The notes under the pieces are model-generated. The model searched no databases, was not told the origin of the DNA, and saw nothing but the letters and a program-made list of their open reading frames with translations. Below are positions 63,536 through 64,000 of a DNA stretch of 64,000 bases, piece by piece. Origin of the DNA: Phoronis australis (lineage: Eukaryota > Animalia > Phoronida). Location: the NCBI GenBank assembly GCA_002633005.1, contig NMRA01000035.1, positions 1,269,059-1,333,058 of the forward strand, written 5' to 3'. A program made the translations under genes and the position numbers. How positions within the stretch are numbered: position 1 is the stretch's first letter; the number at the start of each line of letters is the position of its first letter.

Positions 63536-64000
63536 GCAGGCAAAAGAGTGTCTACCGAAACCTTTCTACTTTCAAAAATATTTTAACGAATATGATGCGT
63601 ATGTGATGTGAGAATTTCACATTCTTGTGTCTGATTTAACTGACAATTACACTCGTAAATCAATATTGAGATGTCACGCGCTGAGTCCTTATAAACCATT
63701 AAGATGTCCAATAATTAAGAAGCCATGTCAAGAGTTAAGTTATACCTAAAAGCTCGTAAGAAAAGGCAGCATTTTTGCCATTGTAGTTTTTTCGTTGGAT
63801 TTGTACTGCCAAACGAATCTTCAACAAGTCCCACTGACTGACATCATCTACCGTCGATGGTCTGCGGACACTTAAAAAAACAACAGCACACATTGTATTT
63901 CAGAACAACCAAGACTCTAGCAAAAGCGACATCTATTATTCTGTACATGTGCTTTCAAGTTCGTATTCAGGGCGGTACTGCAATGCTTCGGATCGGAACC

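Noticed and set aside
1-64000. Prokaryotic systems (CRISPR arrays, operons, defence islands), rRNA
   Set aside because: Spliceosomal introns, very low coding density and animal genes; no repeat-spacer array or rRNA-like sequence was seen.

Overview
AT-rich, intron-dominated animal genomic DNA, probably an invertebrate (no obvious CpG depletion, many MITEs); it is not prokaryotic. Most of the window is the 5' half of a minus-strand cGMP-dependent protein kinase I gene (PRKG1/foraging-like). Four coding exons join in frame through canonical GT-AG sites. They are a PKG I-beta-type leucine-zipper/autoinhibitory exon (52599-52963) and three exons covering cGMP-binding domain A (167, 114 and 106 bp). 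The rest of the gene runs off the left edge. Intron 1 (about 20 kb) holds a complete, intronless, same-strand axonemal dynein intermediate chain 2 (DNAI2) ORF, probably a functional retrogene. Two more short ORFs end exactly at GTGAGT donors in the phase needed to act as alternative PKG first exons. The one at 8754-9043 would give a kinase lacking the zipper and CNB-A; the one at 60947-61077 would join exon 2. The introns also carry a decayed DD34D mariner with a nested insertion, a LINE 3' end, tRNA-derived SINEs and several MITE families, one with 5-bp target duplications. A 567-bp tandem duplication is joined by an N and is probably an allelic assembly artefact. All comparisons to known proteins are from memory; no search was run.
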